NCBI GenBank assembly: GCA_048938105.1
Contig: JBHLMN010000004.1
Span: 256,001-320,000, forward strand
Length of the DNA: 64,000 nucleotides
DNA from: Promethearchaeota archaeon
Lineage (GTDB): Archaea > Asgardarchaeota > Heimdallarchaeia > Hodarchaeales > Hodarchaeaceae
Direction: 5' to 3'
Positions 8,801-17,832 of the stretch are shown one piece after another. A model generated the notes under the pieces. It did not search any database and had not been told where the DNA came from. It saw only the letters and a list, made by a program, of their open reading frames with translations. Numbering within the stretch: position 1 is the first letter of the stretch; every line of letters begins with the position of its first letter. The position numbers and the translations under genes are program-made.

Positions 8801-9392
8801 TGATAATTGGATCGGATTCTAATCGTGCACATTCTGAGGGGAACAAAGCATTTGTGGTATATAACATTGTATCCTTTGTAAATTTATATTTGTGTGAGTC
8901 GTTTACAAGGTCTTCGTGCAATTCTTGGGAAGGAATGACATTATAGCCTTTTAAAGTCTTTGATTGTTCATAAATGACTTTCAATGAAAATTTAACACCC
9001 ATTGGTACCTCAAAAAATCGAATTAAATGAGGAACAGCTGGTTTCCCTTGAGTTTCTAAATTACCACAATTTGGTATTGTAACTTGATGATAACTGTCTC
9101 CGTCATCCATTTCTCGTTTCATAACGTACATGCCAAAAAAATTAGTATCGATGCAGAATCCTGTTGAATCACGTGATTTGGGCAGAATAACACTATCTTT
9201 CGGATCTCCACTTATAAAAGGAACCCAATAATTTCCTGTAAAGGATTGAGAAACGCTATTAAGTGTTAGGCTAGTAGTATCTGGTATATCCACTAGATTT
9301 GTTTCGGTGGGAATGTCATACATGTTTAAAACAAAGATCCCTACAATTATTAAAACAAGAATAATTGATTTTTTCATAGTTTTGACCTTCAT
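5874..9392 (-). CDS. secreted gingipain-like cysteine peptidase (C25) with propeptide, Ig-like domains and C-terminal membrane anchor
   Basis: Signal peptide MKKSIILVLIIVGIFV (start 9392 or 9377 rather than 9449); propeptide GKPAVP; DYLIIA, FVLLVGDSDFIP, TDLYY, DIYYGRL; catalytic His (YHRDHAG) and Cys (SIECQS); HLIGDPEM; Ser/Thr linker, TM helix and KKRK tail. Confidence 0.9.
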   Translation of the reverse strand: MKVKTMKKSIILVLIIVGIFVLNMYDIPTETNLVDIPDTTSLTLNSVSQSFTGNYWVPFISGDPKDSVILPKSRDSTGFCIDTNFFGMYVMKREMDDGDSYHQVTIPNCGNLETQGKPAVPHLIRFFEVPMGVKFSLKVIYEQSKTLKGYNVIPSQELHEDLVNDSHKYKFTKDTMLYTTNALFPSECARLESDPIIIRGHRLLPITFYPIQFNPVTKEVRTYSKIEVRVNYNSPAQIKEIPDRLLSPAFEEMLDMMIPNYQYRFDLPLEYPIEYPGQERTGCDYLIIAYDTFTEEIQLLANWKQEKGYLTRIVKTSEIKPPSVNPTVTDIANYIKNAYETWTPAPSFVLLVGDSDFIPTHYKTPHLSLGHGGYKTPTDLYYFTVDGEDYFPDIYYGRLAVNSEDELKTVASKIVRYETDPPTDPNFYRNVLATAQFQDDDLDDYEDRRFTLTSEEVRDYLQNDYTVTRVYTAAAAADPRNYSVDYDAGLPIPADLLRTNGFAWNGDDNDITNALQNGCFFVYHRDHAGSRNFWNHEFSSWWCNTDHWGDPFFGNAQITALTNGELLPVVLSIECQSCWFDSEVDQFHDGNLTRNFESICELFVNQPNGGAVAAIGATRNSNSGYNDQLVRGMVDAIWPDFDPAFNVGEIYHLGHMLNYGKFYMTNVYGYDKPKTKQTFEMFHLIGDPEMEMWTDVPAELMVEFPEAIGSGSYQEFIIKVSDLIGGNPIDHARVCLDGGSLHQVKYTNPAGEVIFNVLPSTTPVKLTVTKHNFIPFQDDITVTSLGASLDITPSDGPAGITATLSGTSFGSSETVSIYFGDNVVSTTTTTDAAGVFTISPYTVPSGSIGFLNVVAKGSTSGRTAVTLYRRLPNQPLPDPHLYCQWADDTWYLNPGSENPRWNNPVIQLIDTATSDLVASSDLIVGHTYTVKATIFNDEPAIATDTEVTFEWAFWGAGQKTWYKFGDDKVTVPARVGSINGEVTAEALWTPAITGHICLMISVYHPWDLDFDNNNGQENTHVHPVSSPATATFTLSNPSDQAALIYLEARQIGSANLWPVEIQRDYPQVQTPGENKTIKITVNTPEDVQEGEKRIYVIDAYIDGILIGGVEIEFVKSRFIPTSSSNPTSTKPSTSNLTSSESSETSTTTTITPFSIPLALLPTVLLYYWKKRK

Positions 9393-9595
9393 CTTTAGGT
9401 TAATATTTATCCTGATGATACCAAATTCTTCGATTAAAAAGCTATCCAAATGGATGAGTAAGCAAAAATTACCTTTTACATTATGAGGTCGATAGTGAAC
9501 TTATGATAATAAAAAGAGATAAATCTGTTGGTCAAATAGTTTAATATAATTTGAAAGCTACAAAGAATCTTTGTTTTATCAATCTCTTTGAGAAT

Positions 9596-10102
9596 TTATT
9601 CTTTGATATTAAATTTAATTACACTTTTTATTAGTTCAAAAGCTGATTTTTTCTTGGGTGATTGAGAATATGAGAATACCTTTTCACCTAGTTTGCCTCC
9701 GATATATCCAAAACAGGCAGTAATAATGCCGATTATGACGCCAAATACAAAAATTAGTATTGTTTTGAAGGAAATTAACTGTGTAACATTTTCGAGTCCT
9801 TCTGTCATGAATAGAATGACATATCCACTGAGAATAATAATTGGAAATCCAATAACACCACTGAGAAAAGTGCTTTGATACCCGTCAGTTGAGTTTCGTG
9901 TTATAATTCCCCCAATTAACCCAGTGATACCAAAGAAAAGCCAGAATATGTATATCAACATTAATAATTCTCGACCTGTATTAATTTCATAGAGTTTTAA
10001 TCCCCAATACATTAAAATAAAGGTGATAAATCCCACTTGAGGCAGAATGAAAGCAATGATGTCAGGTAAATACATAACAATTGTGTGTTTTTCTTGAATC
10101 AT
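9596..10102 (-). CDS. 4-TM membrane protein (DUF5518-like)
   Basis: Four hydrophobic segments with GLIGG and GYIGG motifs. Confidence 0.7.
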   Translation of the reverse strand: MIQEKHTIVMYLPDIIAFILPQVGFITFILMYWGLKLYEINTGRELLMLIYIFWLFFGITGLIGGIITRNSTDGYQSTFLSGVIGFPIIILSGYVILFMTEGLENVTQLISFKTILIFVFGVIIGIITACFGYIGGKLGEKVFSYSQSPKKKSAFELIKSVIKFNIKE

Positions 10103-10195
10103 TTAGTAATGTCTCCATAGTTCACAAATACTCACGATTTTGAACCTTTTCGATTTCTACTTGAACCTCATCCTAGTAAATGTCTTTTTCTTCTT

Positions 10196-11185
10196 TTATT
10201 GAAGGGAGACTTGTTGAAAAAGGAGTTTTCTTGGTAGTGGTTGCCATAATGTTAGAGGAATGGATTCCCATTTTCCTGTTGAGCTTTCACTTAACGGACT
10301 GTCCAGTCCAGTTAAAACTGATTGATATTTCATTATTAATCCCTTGGCTAGGTATGAAAATGAATTTGCTACAAGGAAAATCCTTTTAAGATTTGGAAAA
10401 TCCTCAAATTTGATGTTGAAAACCCTTTCCGCTAGATTTTCTAAGTTATCTATGTCCAAATCTTTTTCTGAACAATATATCCATGTTTCTGTTCCTGATG
10501 CCTCAACTATTTTGATATCGTACTTTCTGGATGTTGATTGAGGTGGAAGTTTTATTTTACTATTTTCCGATAGGTATGAAGAACAGAATACTGCAAATCG
10601 TAATTCAAAAGCACGAGGATTAGGTTCGAGTTTCAGTAGCGCGGAGTAGAAAAAAGGGATAATTGCTGGATCCTCTTGTGCTAATTGCAGTAATAATTCA
10701 CTTATCTCTTTATTTTTGTAATAATCTTTTATTTTTTTGATCTCGAAGTCAAGAGCAAATTCAAGAATAAGAGGAACAGTTAACCCATCAACATCGCACA
10801 GTTCACTTATTTGCGACTGTTCATAAACACTCAAAGTTGTAGTTTGTTTAGTAGATCTTCGCAATAGTCTTTTCTTTGTCTTCCTTTTTTTTTCCGCTCT
10901 CATAAGTCTTTGATAAAGGTTTTCTGTCTTTAGATGGTTACCCGGAACTGATTTCTTAGCAATAATGGTCTTATCAACTTCTTCTTTAATTAATGGTCTT
11001 TTACAAATATTGCATGAATGAGCTACATTACCTCTTTGATTATAGCTTTGAGCTACCCCAATGTCACATAAAAAAACCTTCTTACAGCTTATACAGAACC
11101 AAATCAAATCATTAACATCAAATTCTTGTGTCCTCCCTTTTTCATGATAGCACTTTGTACATAAGGCTTGACATTGTACCTTCAT
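10196..11185 (-). CDS. N-terminal Zn-finger plus C-terminal restriction-endonuclease-like fold protein
   Basis: CTKC, CISC, CNIC and extra Cys/His in the N terminus; basic KKRKTKKR linker; C-terminal FELRFAVF...KYDIKI...WIYC...IFLVANSFS resembles a degenerate PD-(D/E)XK fold. Confidence 0.7.
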   Translation of the reverse strand: MKVQCQALCTKCYHEKGRTQEFDVNDLIWFCISCKKVFLCDIGVAQSYNQRGNVAHSCNICKRPLIKEEVDKTIIAKKSVPGNHLKTENLYQRLMRAEKKRKTKKRLLRRSTKQTTTLSVYEQSQISELCDVDGLTVPLILEFALDFEIKKIKDYYKNKEISELLLQLAQEDPAIIPFFYSALLKLEPNPRAFELRFAVFCSSYLSENSKIKLPPQSTSRKYDIKIVEASGTETWIYCSEKDLDIDNLENLAERVFNIKFEDFPNLKRIFLVANSFSYLAKGLIMKYQSVLTGLDSPLSESSTGKWESIPLTLWQPLPRKLLFQQVSLQ

Positions 11186-11305
11186 TCGTTCTTAGCTCCG
11201 AAAATACTCATTAGCAAAGAATCAATCATATAATATCAATGTTCGGAATTACTGATCTTAATTAATCTATTTCGTCTAGTTATTTTTCAAAATTTGAATC
11301 TGGAG

Positions 11306-12253
11306 TTAATATATAATATTTTGAGCAAATTCTTGATTCAAAAAATCTACAATCAGATTTTTTGGAAAACGGAGCTTTCCTTCTTTTCGGAATATTGAAA
11401 TGCTTTTAGAAAAAGTTGTTTCTACGTAAGTTAGGAATGATTCTGCAATTATTCTTGTTGTTATGGGATCGGACTCTTTATCAGTTACTACAGCACACAT
11501 TACACCTTCTCGTTTTACGGTTAAAATTCGGCCTTTTTCAGTAGAAATTGTATTTAATCCCTCACTAGGACCGATTACACCGCTTGCAAATTGATCGAGA
11601 GCGTATAAAAAACCAGGAACTATATTTTCATCGAAATCTTCGGTTGTCCTTGTAAATCGATGGGAAGCAATTGGGATTCCAGTTGGAAGGTATAAATAAA
11701 TACCGATTAATTTTACTTTTTTCTGTTTAAGAATTGGAATGATTTTCTGAGAGAACCAACCGATAGCCTCGTCCAGATATGTCCCTTCTTTCATTGAGAC
11801 TTCAAAAATCCGGAAAGATCGTTCGGGGTTTTTTTGGGTAACTTGATCCAGTTTTATTTTGTTAATCAGTTCATTTAATTCAATATGAGCTAAATCTGCC
11901 TTATTTGCTAGTATTAATAAAGGAGCTGTGTGATTCCATTCAAGACTTTTCCAAAACCATTCAACCACTTGATCAAATCTCTTAGTATCACTTGAGTCAA
12001 TAACAAAGATGATTCCTTGAGACAATTGAACATACGTTTTCCAAAACATTTCTCGAAACGAAATATGCCCTCCTAAATCGAAGAGTTGGAAGAGACTTCC
12101 TTTGATCACGACTGATTCTATATCTAGTCCCTGAGTTGGTGTTATCGTAGGAATAAACTCTCCTGTTTGTAATCGTTTTGCTAGTGTCGTTTTTCCAGCA
12201 TTTTCTAGCCCTACAATAGCAATGGGAATCCTTTTATCAGATTGGCCTTCCAA
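11306..12253 (-). CDS. Arf/Sar1-like small GTPase fused to a C-terminal longin/roadblock-like domain
   Basis: G1 GLENAGKTT, G2 PTQG, G3 FDLGGH, G4 ANKAD, G5 EVSMK; C-terminal IYLYLPTGIPI...IVPGFLYALDQFASGV...LNTISTEKGRIL has a longin-like pattern. Confidence 0.9.
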   Translation of the reverse strand: MEGQSDKRIPIAIVGLENAGKTTLAKRLQTGEFIPTITPTQGLDIESVVIKGSLFQLFDLGGHISFREMFWKTYVQLSQGIIFVIDSSDTKRFDQVVEWFWKSLEWNHTAPLLILANKADLAHIELNELINKIKLDQVTQKNPERSFRIFEVSMKEGTYLDEAIGWFSQKIIPILKQKKVKLIGIYLYLPTGIPIASHRFTRTTEDFDENIVPGFLYALDQFASGVIGPSEGLNTISTEKGRILTVKREGVMCAVVTDKESDPITTRIIAESFLTYVETTFSKSISIFRKEGKLRFPKNLIVDFLNQEFAQNIIY

Positions 12254-12409
12254 GTTCTTCTCTTCTCCTTTAGAGGAGTTATTTAAAGATCGTTTAAAAA
12301 TTTCTTTAACTTATCTTGTGTTTCACTCGATAAATACGACTCAAGCATTAAAAACAATTCTAGGGAAAATATCCTTCATTGTTATCCTTGAAAAAACCCC
12401 CAACACAAT

Positions 12410-13111
12410 TTATTTTCCTATAGGACATACTTTAATGCAAATACCACAGATTGAAACACCAATGAATTCCATTTCACTGATTTTTTCTAACCTAGTCTGA
12501 CATTTCACCGCATCAAGTATATTTTCTCTTTTTACTGGATAACCTTTGAAATCAAAGGATTTTAGCGCTTTAATTGGACATGCCTCTATACATTTTGAAC
12601 AAATTCCACAATTGAAGTTTTCTAATGGTTTTCCAGGACTCAATGGGATATCTGTTAGAACTGTGGCTAACCGTACTCGTGGGCCGTAATTTGGTGTTAT
12701 CAAAAGGAGGTTTTTTCCAATCCATCCTAGGCCAGCACTTCTAGCAAATGCTTTGTGAGGTGCATTGGAAGAGAGTTTGTTGTCACCCAAACTTAAAGAT
12801 GCAGGGATGGCAAGAGCAGAATACCCGCGTTGGATTATTTTTTCGGAAAGTCGTAAGGTTATTTGATCTAAGAGTAAGTTTGAAGTTCTATAATGGTGAG
12901 CATAGATTTCGCCTGGGTTTTCAACTGTTATTAGATTGAAGACACTTTTGGGTAATGAAACAGCAATTGAAATGGCATATTTGTAGGATTCAAACAGATT
13001 GGGTGGGTGAGTTGAGAGTGTTTTTACTTCATTTAAATCTGCCACCCCTACTAATGTAGCTCCAACTCTGAATGCTAAATCCATTAGCTCACTTGTGTAA
13101 TCATCGGTCAT
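12410..13111 (-). CDS. epoxyqueuosine reductase (QueG)-like 4Fe-4S protein
   Basis: HKAFARSAGLGWIGKNLLLITPNYGPRVRLATVLTD; CGICSKCIEACP; CGICIKVCP. Confidence 0.85.
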   Translation of the reverse strand: MTDDYTSELMDLAFRVGATLVGVADLNEVKTLSTHPPNLFESYKYAISIAVSLPKSVFNLITVENPGEIYAHHYRTSNLLLDQITLRLSEKIIQRGYSALAIPASLSLGDNKLSSNAPHKAFARSAGLGWIGKNLLLITPNYGPRVRLATVLTDIPLSPGKPLENFNCGICSKCIEACPIKALKSFDFKGYPVKRENILDAVKCQTRLEKISEMEFIGVSICGICIKVCPIGK

Positions 13112-13307
13112 ATCTAGCCTAGCTCCAGTATTATAATATCATAGGATCTTATTTATTAAGAAATAAAAGCTTCTTTATAGGAAATTGAAGTTTCTTTAGT
13201 GGGGTAATTAGATATACCTTTTATGAGTAGCTTATTCTAGTACTGAACTGGCTTCATACATAAAATCCAATGTGATATCTTTCTATTTATAGAACAATAT
13301 GATTCGA

Positions 13308-14996
13308 TTATTTCCATTTACTTTTTTTCTGAATAAATAGCCTAACTCCCAGTCCTAGTAAGAAAATAATGGTTGTGGCTGCTGGTACAGAGTTCGTGGT
13401 ATTGACTGAGCTTGATGTTGAGGTGATTGTTGAATTTGATGTAGTTGTAGAGGTTGTTGTTGGTGGAAGGACATCAACATAAGCAAGAACTGTATCTACT
13501 GTTGTATGCCCACCCTCATCAGCAACCACTAGACTAAAATTATGTACTCCCTTTTCTAGTGAATTAACATTAAAATTCAAAGTAGTTGGTCGCCAAAACT
13601 TATCAAATACATGATTACCTGTAGCAGTCAGATTCCCATTATGGAAGAAAGTATAAGAACCATTCATTTTCAGTTTTGTACGAAAATTATACCATGTTTG
13701 CCAAGATAGAATAATAGAGTCTCCTGTTTGTAAGAATCTATCTTGGGGAGAGCTTAAAATTGGACTTAATCGGAATCGTTCGGCTTGATAGATGCCTAAA
13801 GATCCCCCCTTATAGTACATTTCCCATACAATATTCCCAACTTCGTCTACTTCAACAAGTCTTGGGCCTATGGTTGTTGCGTCATGGGTTTTACTACCAA
13901 AAGTTCCAAATCGGTTTCCATTAGGTAACCTATCTGCATCTCCCCAATATTCTGTATAATATTCATCTGATCCTGTCCACAGCCATGATATCCATGCTTT
14001 CATGGTCATTTCATCGATTGTTATTTCCAAAATGCGAGAACGATGATTGTCACTATCTGATTTGTTTCTATAATCATTATCAAACAAGATGAAGGTGTTG
14101 TCATTCACTTTTTCCACAGCATGAGCATGATAAAAAAGATTTTGCTGTTTATTACCCCAATGATCAAAAAGAGTAAAATCTCCATGCTCTCCCAATCCCC
14201 AGAGCACTTCTCCTGTAGCGTGATCGATTTTATAGAATGTATTTATATTTCTACAATTCAGATAAATTATATCTTCTTCTATATCCCAAAAAGCAGTGTT
14301 TGAATGTGTGATATCCCTATTTGGCCCGGTGAATTCTCCTGACCACCAGTCTAATGGTATAAAAGTACTTGTATTTAAACGCCAAATTTCTTCCCCTGCC
14401 ATATTTCTTTCACAAAGGGCATCATACCGATAAGTATCGATGGTTGTTTTTTCTAGATCAAAATAATCAATGTAGTATGAAGACAAAGTCATAAAAGTAT
14501 TAGAAAATGGATTATAGGAGATATCATGAAGGCTATTAGAAGGAATTGAAACAATTTTGTCAGTCTCAATATTCCATAAATAAATAGGTTGCGAGCTTAA
14601 TAACAGGAATGTAGTAGAGTTAATTAGGTGTCCAAACCCATAATTTGCCCCACTCGGAAATTCATTGACAATATTTCCATCCATATCAGTTATTAGGAAA
14701 CTATATTCTTGATTCACAAAATCCCGTAATTGAAAGATATTATAGCCGTCAAATGCAGCCCCGGAGAGATTAACATAAGACCTATTTTCACCGAGGTTCA
14801 ATTTTAATTCTCTTTTTAAAATAGGATCTTGTGAGGTTCCAGATTGGATTTTAATCTGACTAGCATTTACCAATGAAATTACAGATTGACTGTAGGGGAA
14901 AATCAAAACGATTATGAATACAATACAAAAAAAAGACCTAAGAAAGCCTTGAATTGTTGAAAATCTCATTGTCATGAAAATACTTCCGTTATTCAC
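13308..14996 (-). CDS. secreted aryl-sulfate sulfotransferase (ASST)-like beta-propeller, membrane-anchored
   Basis: Signal peptide; LHD, DITHSNT, YKID..TGEVLW.LG, FYHAH, LFDN, WGDADRLPNGN motifs; Thr/Ser linker, TM helix and basic tail. Confidence 0.85.
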   Translation of the reverse strand: MNNGSIFMTMRFSTIQGFLRSFFCIVFIIVLIFPYSQSVISLVNASQIKIQSGTSQDPILKRELKLNLGENRSYVNLSGAAFDGYNIFQLRDFVNQEYSFLITDMDGNIVNEFPSGANYGFGHLINSTTFLLLSSQPIYLWNIETDKIVSIPSNSLHDISYNPFSNTFMTLSSYYIDYFDLEKTTIDTYRYDALCERNMAGEEIWRLNTSTFIPLDWWSGEFTGPNRDITHSNTAFWDIEEDIIYLNCRNINTFYKIDHATGEVLWGLGEHGDFTLFDHWGNKQQNLFYHAHAVEKVNDNTFILFDNDYRNKSDSDNHRSRILEITIDEMTMKAWISWLWTGSDEYYTEYWGDADRLPNGNRFGTFGSKTHDATTIGPRLVEVDEVGNIVWEMYYKGGSLGIYQAERFRLSPILSSPQDRFLQTGDSIILSWQTWYNFRTKLKMNGSYTFFHNGNLTATGNHVFDKFWRPTTLNFNVNSLEKGVHNFSLVVADEGGHTTVDTVLAYVDVLPPTTTSTTTSNSTITSTSSSVNTTNSVPAATTIIFLLGLGVRLFIQKKSKWK

Positions 14997-15071
14997 TGTG
15001 ATTTAATTGAACAAAAGGCAACATAAATAAGTATTATAAGACTTATTTACTTTTTTGGATTTACAGAACCT

Positions 15072-15806
15072 TCATTTATCCTTTTCAATGAACTTTTTTT
15101 CTACTACAAGTATAATTAATATTAAACTCAGTAATATTGAACCGAAGATAGTATTTGATTGTAATTGATTATTAATAGATTTTTCAGTAGATTCGGCCTC
15201 GAATATTTCTTCATAATAGGTTTCATTTGTCTCATAAGATCTAGATCGTATATAAAAAGATGTCAACCAACCAGTTTTCCAGTTCCATTTATAACTGGTA
15301 GTTAACTCATAAGGGTACGCTTGGCCTCCATCAAAATAAACATCATATGTTCTGGAGGCTTGAATTAATAGATCACCTTGAATTGAAAATGATTGGTCAT
15401 TTTTATAATAATTTTCCCAGTAAGATCTGTTATTAACAGTTTTAATGATAATAATATCTGAAATTGGTTGTTCTTCAAGAGTTATATTTGAGTCAAAAGT
15501 CATAGTGCCAAATATTGGACCTGTGGTTGGTTTAGAAGTAATAGTATATGTAATTTTAGTTCCTTTTTCAACTGTGACTGAAACTAATTCCCCATTAACA
15601 TCAATTCCAGATACACTGAATTCATATGGGTTTGTTCGTGTTATATCATAAAAATTTTTGTAGATATAGGTAATAGCATCACCTGAGCTTACTTTCCATT
15701 CTATATTATGAGTGTTCAAAGCACCATTAGTAGCTAATATTCCATTAAAAAAGATCAGGATCAATGTAAGCAAACCAGAAATTAATGATTTTGTTTTTCT
15801 TTTCAT
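15072..15806 (-). CDS. secreted/surface protein with C-terminal TM
   Basis: N-terminal signal peptide; W.V..GD.I.Y start and W.W.TGWL motif; C-terminal TM helix. Confidence 0.75.
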   Translation of the reverse strand: MKRKTKSLISGLLTLILIFFNGILATNGALNTHNIEWKVSSGDAITYIYKNFYDITRTNPYEFSVSGIDVNGELVSVTVEKGTKITYTITSKPTTGPIFGTMTFDSNITLEEQPISDIIIIKTVNNRSYWENYYKNDQSFSIQGDLLIQASRTYDVYFDGGQAYPYELTTSYKWNWKTGWLTSFYIRSRSYETNETYYEEIFEAESTEKSINNQLQSNTIFGSILLSLILIILVVEKKFIEKDK

Positions 15807-16314
15807 AACAAACGACTTATTCCAATGTTTTTTATTTAAAAGTAGCTAATAGTGCATATGATAATTAAGAAACTCACCTTTTAATCAATGTTCTACACTT
15901 AATTTATAGTAAAATATTAACCATGAATTCAAATACTTCTAACAGGGAGATTACTGTGGATTCATGAACGGTAGTGGATCTAAAAAGAGTAATCGAGGTA
16001 GTAATAACGAAAATTTGCACTCCAATTGTTCTGCAAGCCCAACAACATAGTTTAACAAACTTACACGAGATAAGATCCCATGAACTCTGCATAATTAGGG
16101 TCGGAATACATCCGCAGTTTATGTTCCCAGATTTCTCTTTGTCTTTCCAAAATTGATAAGAACTCTTTTTTTTTCATTATATTATCTCTCAACAATAAGA
16201 AAAACCGTCTTAAGGAACGAATACTTGGTTCTCACAGGTTTTTACCAAATCAATTCCTAAATAAAGTCACACTAGGCAAACGAATTTAACTAAAATACAT
16301 TATGCACTTGAAAG

Positions 16315-17094
16315 GTGGTTGTATCCATGGGTAAATGGAAAGAATTGGATGATACGTTGAATAAGTATCTTAAGTTAAGTACATTTCCAATTGCAGTGAA
16401 ATTATTACAAGATGATACTGAGTTGAATGAAATTAGCCCTCTAAAAAGACCAGATAAAAAATTAGCACTTTGTCAAATATTTAGTTACTCTAGATGTTAT
16501 GGATGGACAATGGGATTAACAAAAGAAGATAATATATGTCCACTTGCGGAGATAGCGATGGGATTCGAACAACCATACAAATGGTATCTAGAGGGAGAAT
16601 TTTTTCTTCACAGGTATAATAAAACTCCTGAAGGTGCGAAAAAAACATCAGAACTGATACCCCTAATTCCATTTGGTAATTTCTCTGCCATTGTTTCGGG
16701 TGCTTTGTTTAGAATTGATTATGATCCAGATTTTATTTTGATCTATGGGAACTCAGCTCAAATAATGAGGATAATTCAAAGTGCCTTATGGAGAGAGGGA
16801 GGTAGAATGACAATATCAACTTTTGGGGATGCTGTTTGTGCAGATACAATCTCAAAGGCATTTCTTACAGGTGAAGTGCAAGTCGCAATCCCTTGCTTAG
16901 GAGATAGACGTTTTGGCCTAGCAAAAGACACTGATTTAGTTGCTTCAATACCTTTAGGAATGATTGATATGGTACTAGAAGGTTTAGAAGGAACCCACAA
17001 GGCTGGTTCAAGAATTCCTATTCCCAATGAGCTTTGTACGCCTGAATTCTTTGTAAAAATACATGATTACATCGAAGAAGCTAAAAAAGCGTGA
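16315..17094 (+). CDS. DUF169 family protein
   Basis: L.LSTFPIAVKL, CQ, CPLA, PDFILIYGNSAQIMRI, CAD, PCLGDRRF motifs. Confidence 0.85.
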   Translation: MVVSMGKWKELDDTLNKYLKLSTFPIAVKLLQDDTELNEISPLKRPDKKLALCQIFSYSRCYGWTMGLTKEDNICPLAEIAMGFEQPYKWYLEGEFFLHRYNKTPEGAKKTSELIPLIPFGNFSAIVSGALFRIDYDPDFILIYGNSAQIMRIIQSALWREGGRMTISTFGDAVCADTISKAFLTGEVQVAIPCLGDRRFGLAKDTDLVASIPLGMIDMVLEGLEGTHKAGSRIPIPNELCTPEFFVKIHDYIEEAKKA

Positions 17095-17135
17095 AATGGC
17101 TAGTAGTTAATGATTTATTGAATAAGACCTGAAGA

Positions 17136-17657
17136 TCAAGTAAAATTCCAGAGGAGATCAGATGGGATTAATTCAGGTTCAGCTCTTTTCATCTCATAAC
17201 CATACTCGTATGAACTAAGGCACATTAATGTTCGAGACCGCGCCACACCGGGTAGATTAACAATTTTCAGGATGATAAGTTCTAGAGAATCAAGGTTACG
17301 GGTTTTAACCTTAATGATAACATCAGAATCACCCGTAATATGATGCATTTCAACGATCTCTAGCTCCTGTATACGAAGTAATAAATGCTGTTCTGTGAGA
17401 GACCAGGTTTGCCTAGCACGGTCTAGAGCAACAAGAATATAAGCAGTTATTTCCTTACCAAGCTTCTTTTCATTAGTGATGATTGTATAACCTAAAATGA
17501 TCCCCTTTTCCTGAAGAGTATTGATTCGGTTTTGAACAGTTTGAGGAGAAATTTCAAGTTTTTCAGCTATTTCTCGTCGTGTCATTCGGGAATTCTTCTT
17601 CATTAGTGCTATAATTTTGCGATCAACAGAATCAATATCTTCTTTGTTAGCTATCAA
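17136..17657 (-). CDS. Lrp/AsnC family transcriptional regulator
   Basis: DSVDRKIIALMKKNSRMTRREIAEKLEISPQTVQNRINTL..KGII HTH; HITGDSDVIIKV; divergent from the aminotransferase. Confidence 0.92.
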   Translation of the reverse strand: MIANKEDIDSVDRKIIALMKKNSRMTRREIAEKLEISPQTVQNRINTLQEKGIILGYTIITNEKKLGKEITAYILVALDRARQTWSLTEQHLLLRIQELEIVEMHHITGDSDVIIKVKTRNLDSLELIILKIVNLPGVARSRTLMCLSSYEYGYEMKRAEPELIPSDLLWNFT

Positions 17658-17832
17658 AAAGATTCCTCCATTTAATTATTTTGTCAATTCTTCTATATAT
17701 AGTTTTATATTTCTGTCTATAAAATCATTAAGTCGCGAACCTTTTGTCCATCGGTTATTATATTAGAATGATGTTTTGCTATTTATCTGGATATAACTAA
17801 TATGTATCTATTTCAAGTGAAGGTGGTTTTAA

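Noticed and set aside
15940-16177. Small minus-strand gene MKKKEFLSILERQREIWEHKLRMY... with an apparent frameshift
   Set aside because: It may be a pseudogene, but no family or second copy supports it.
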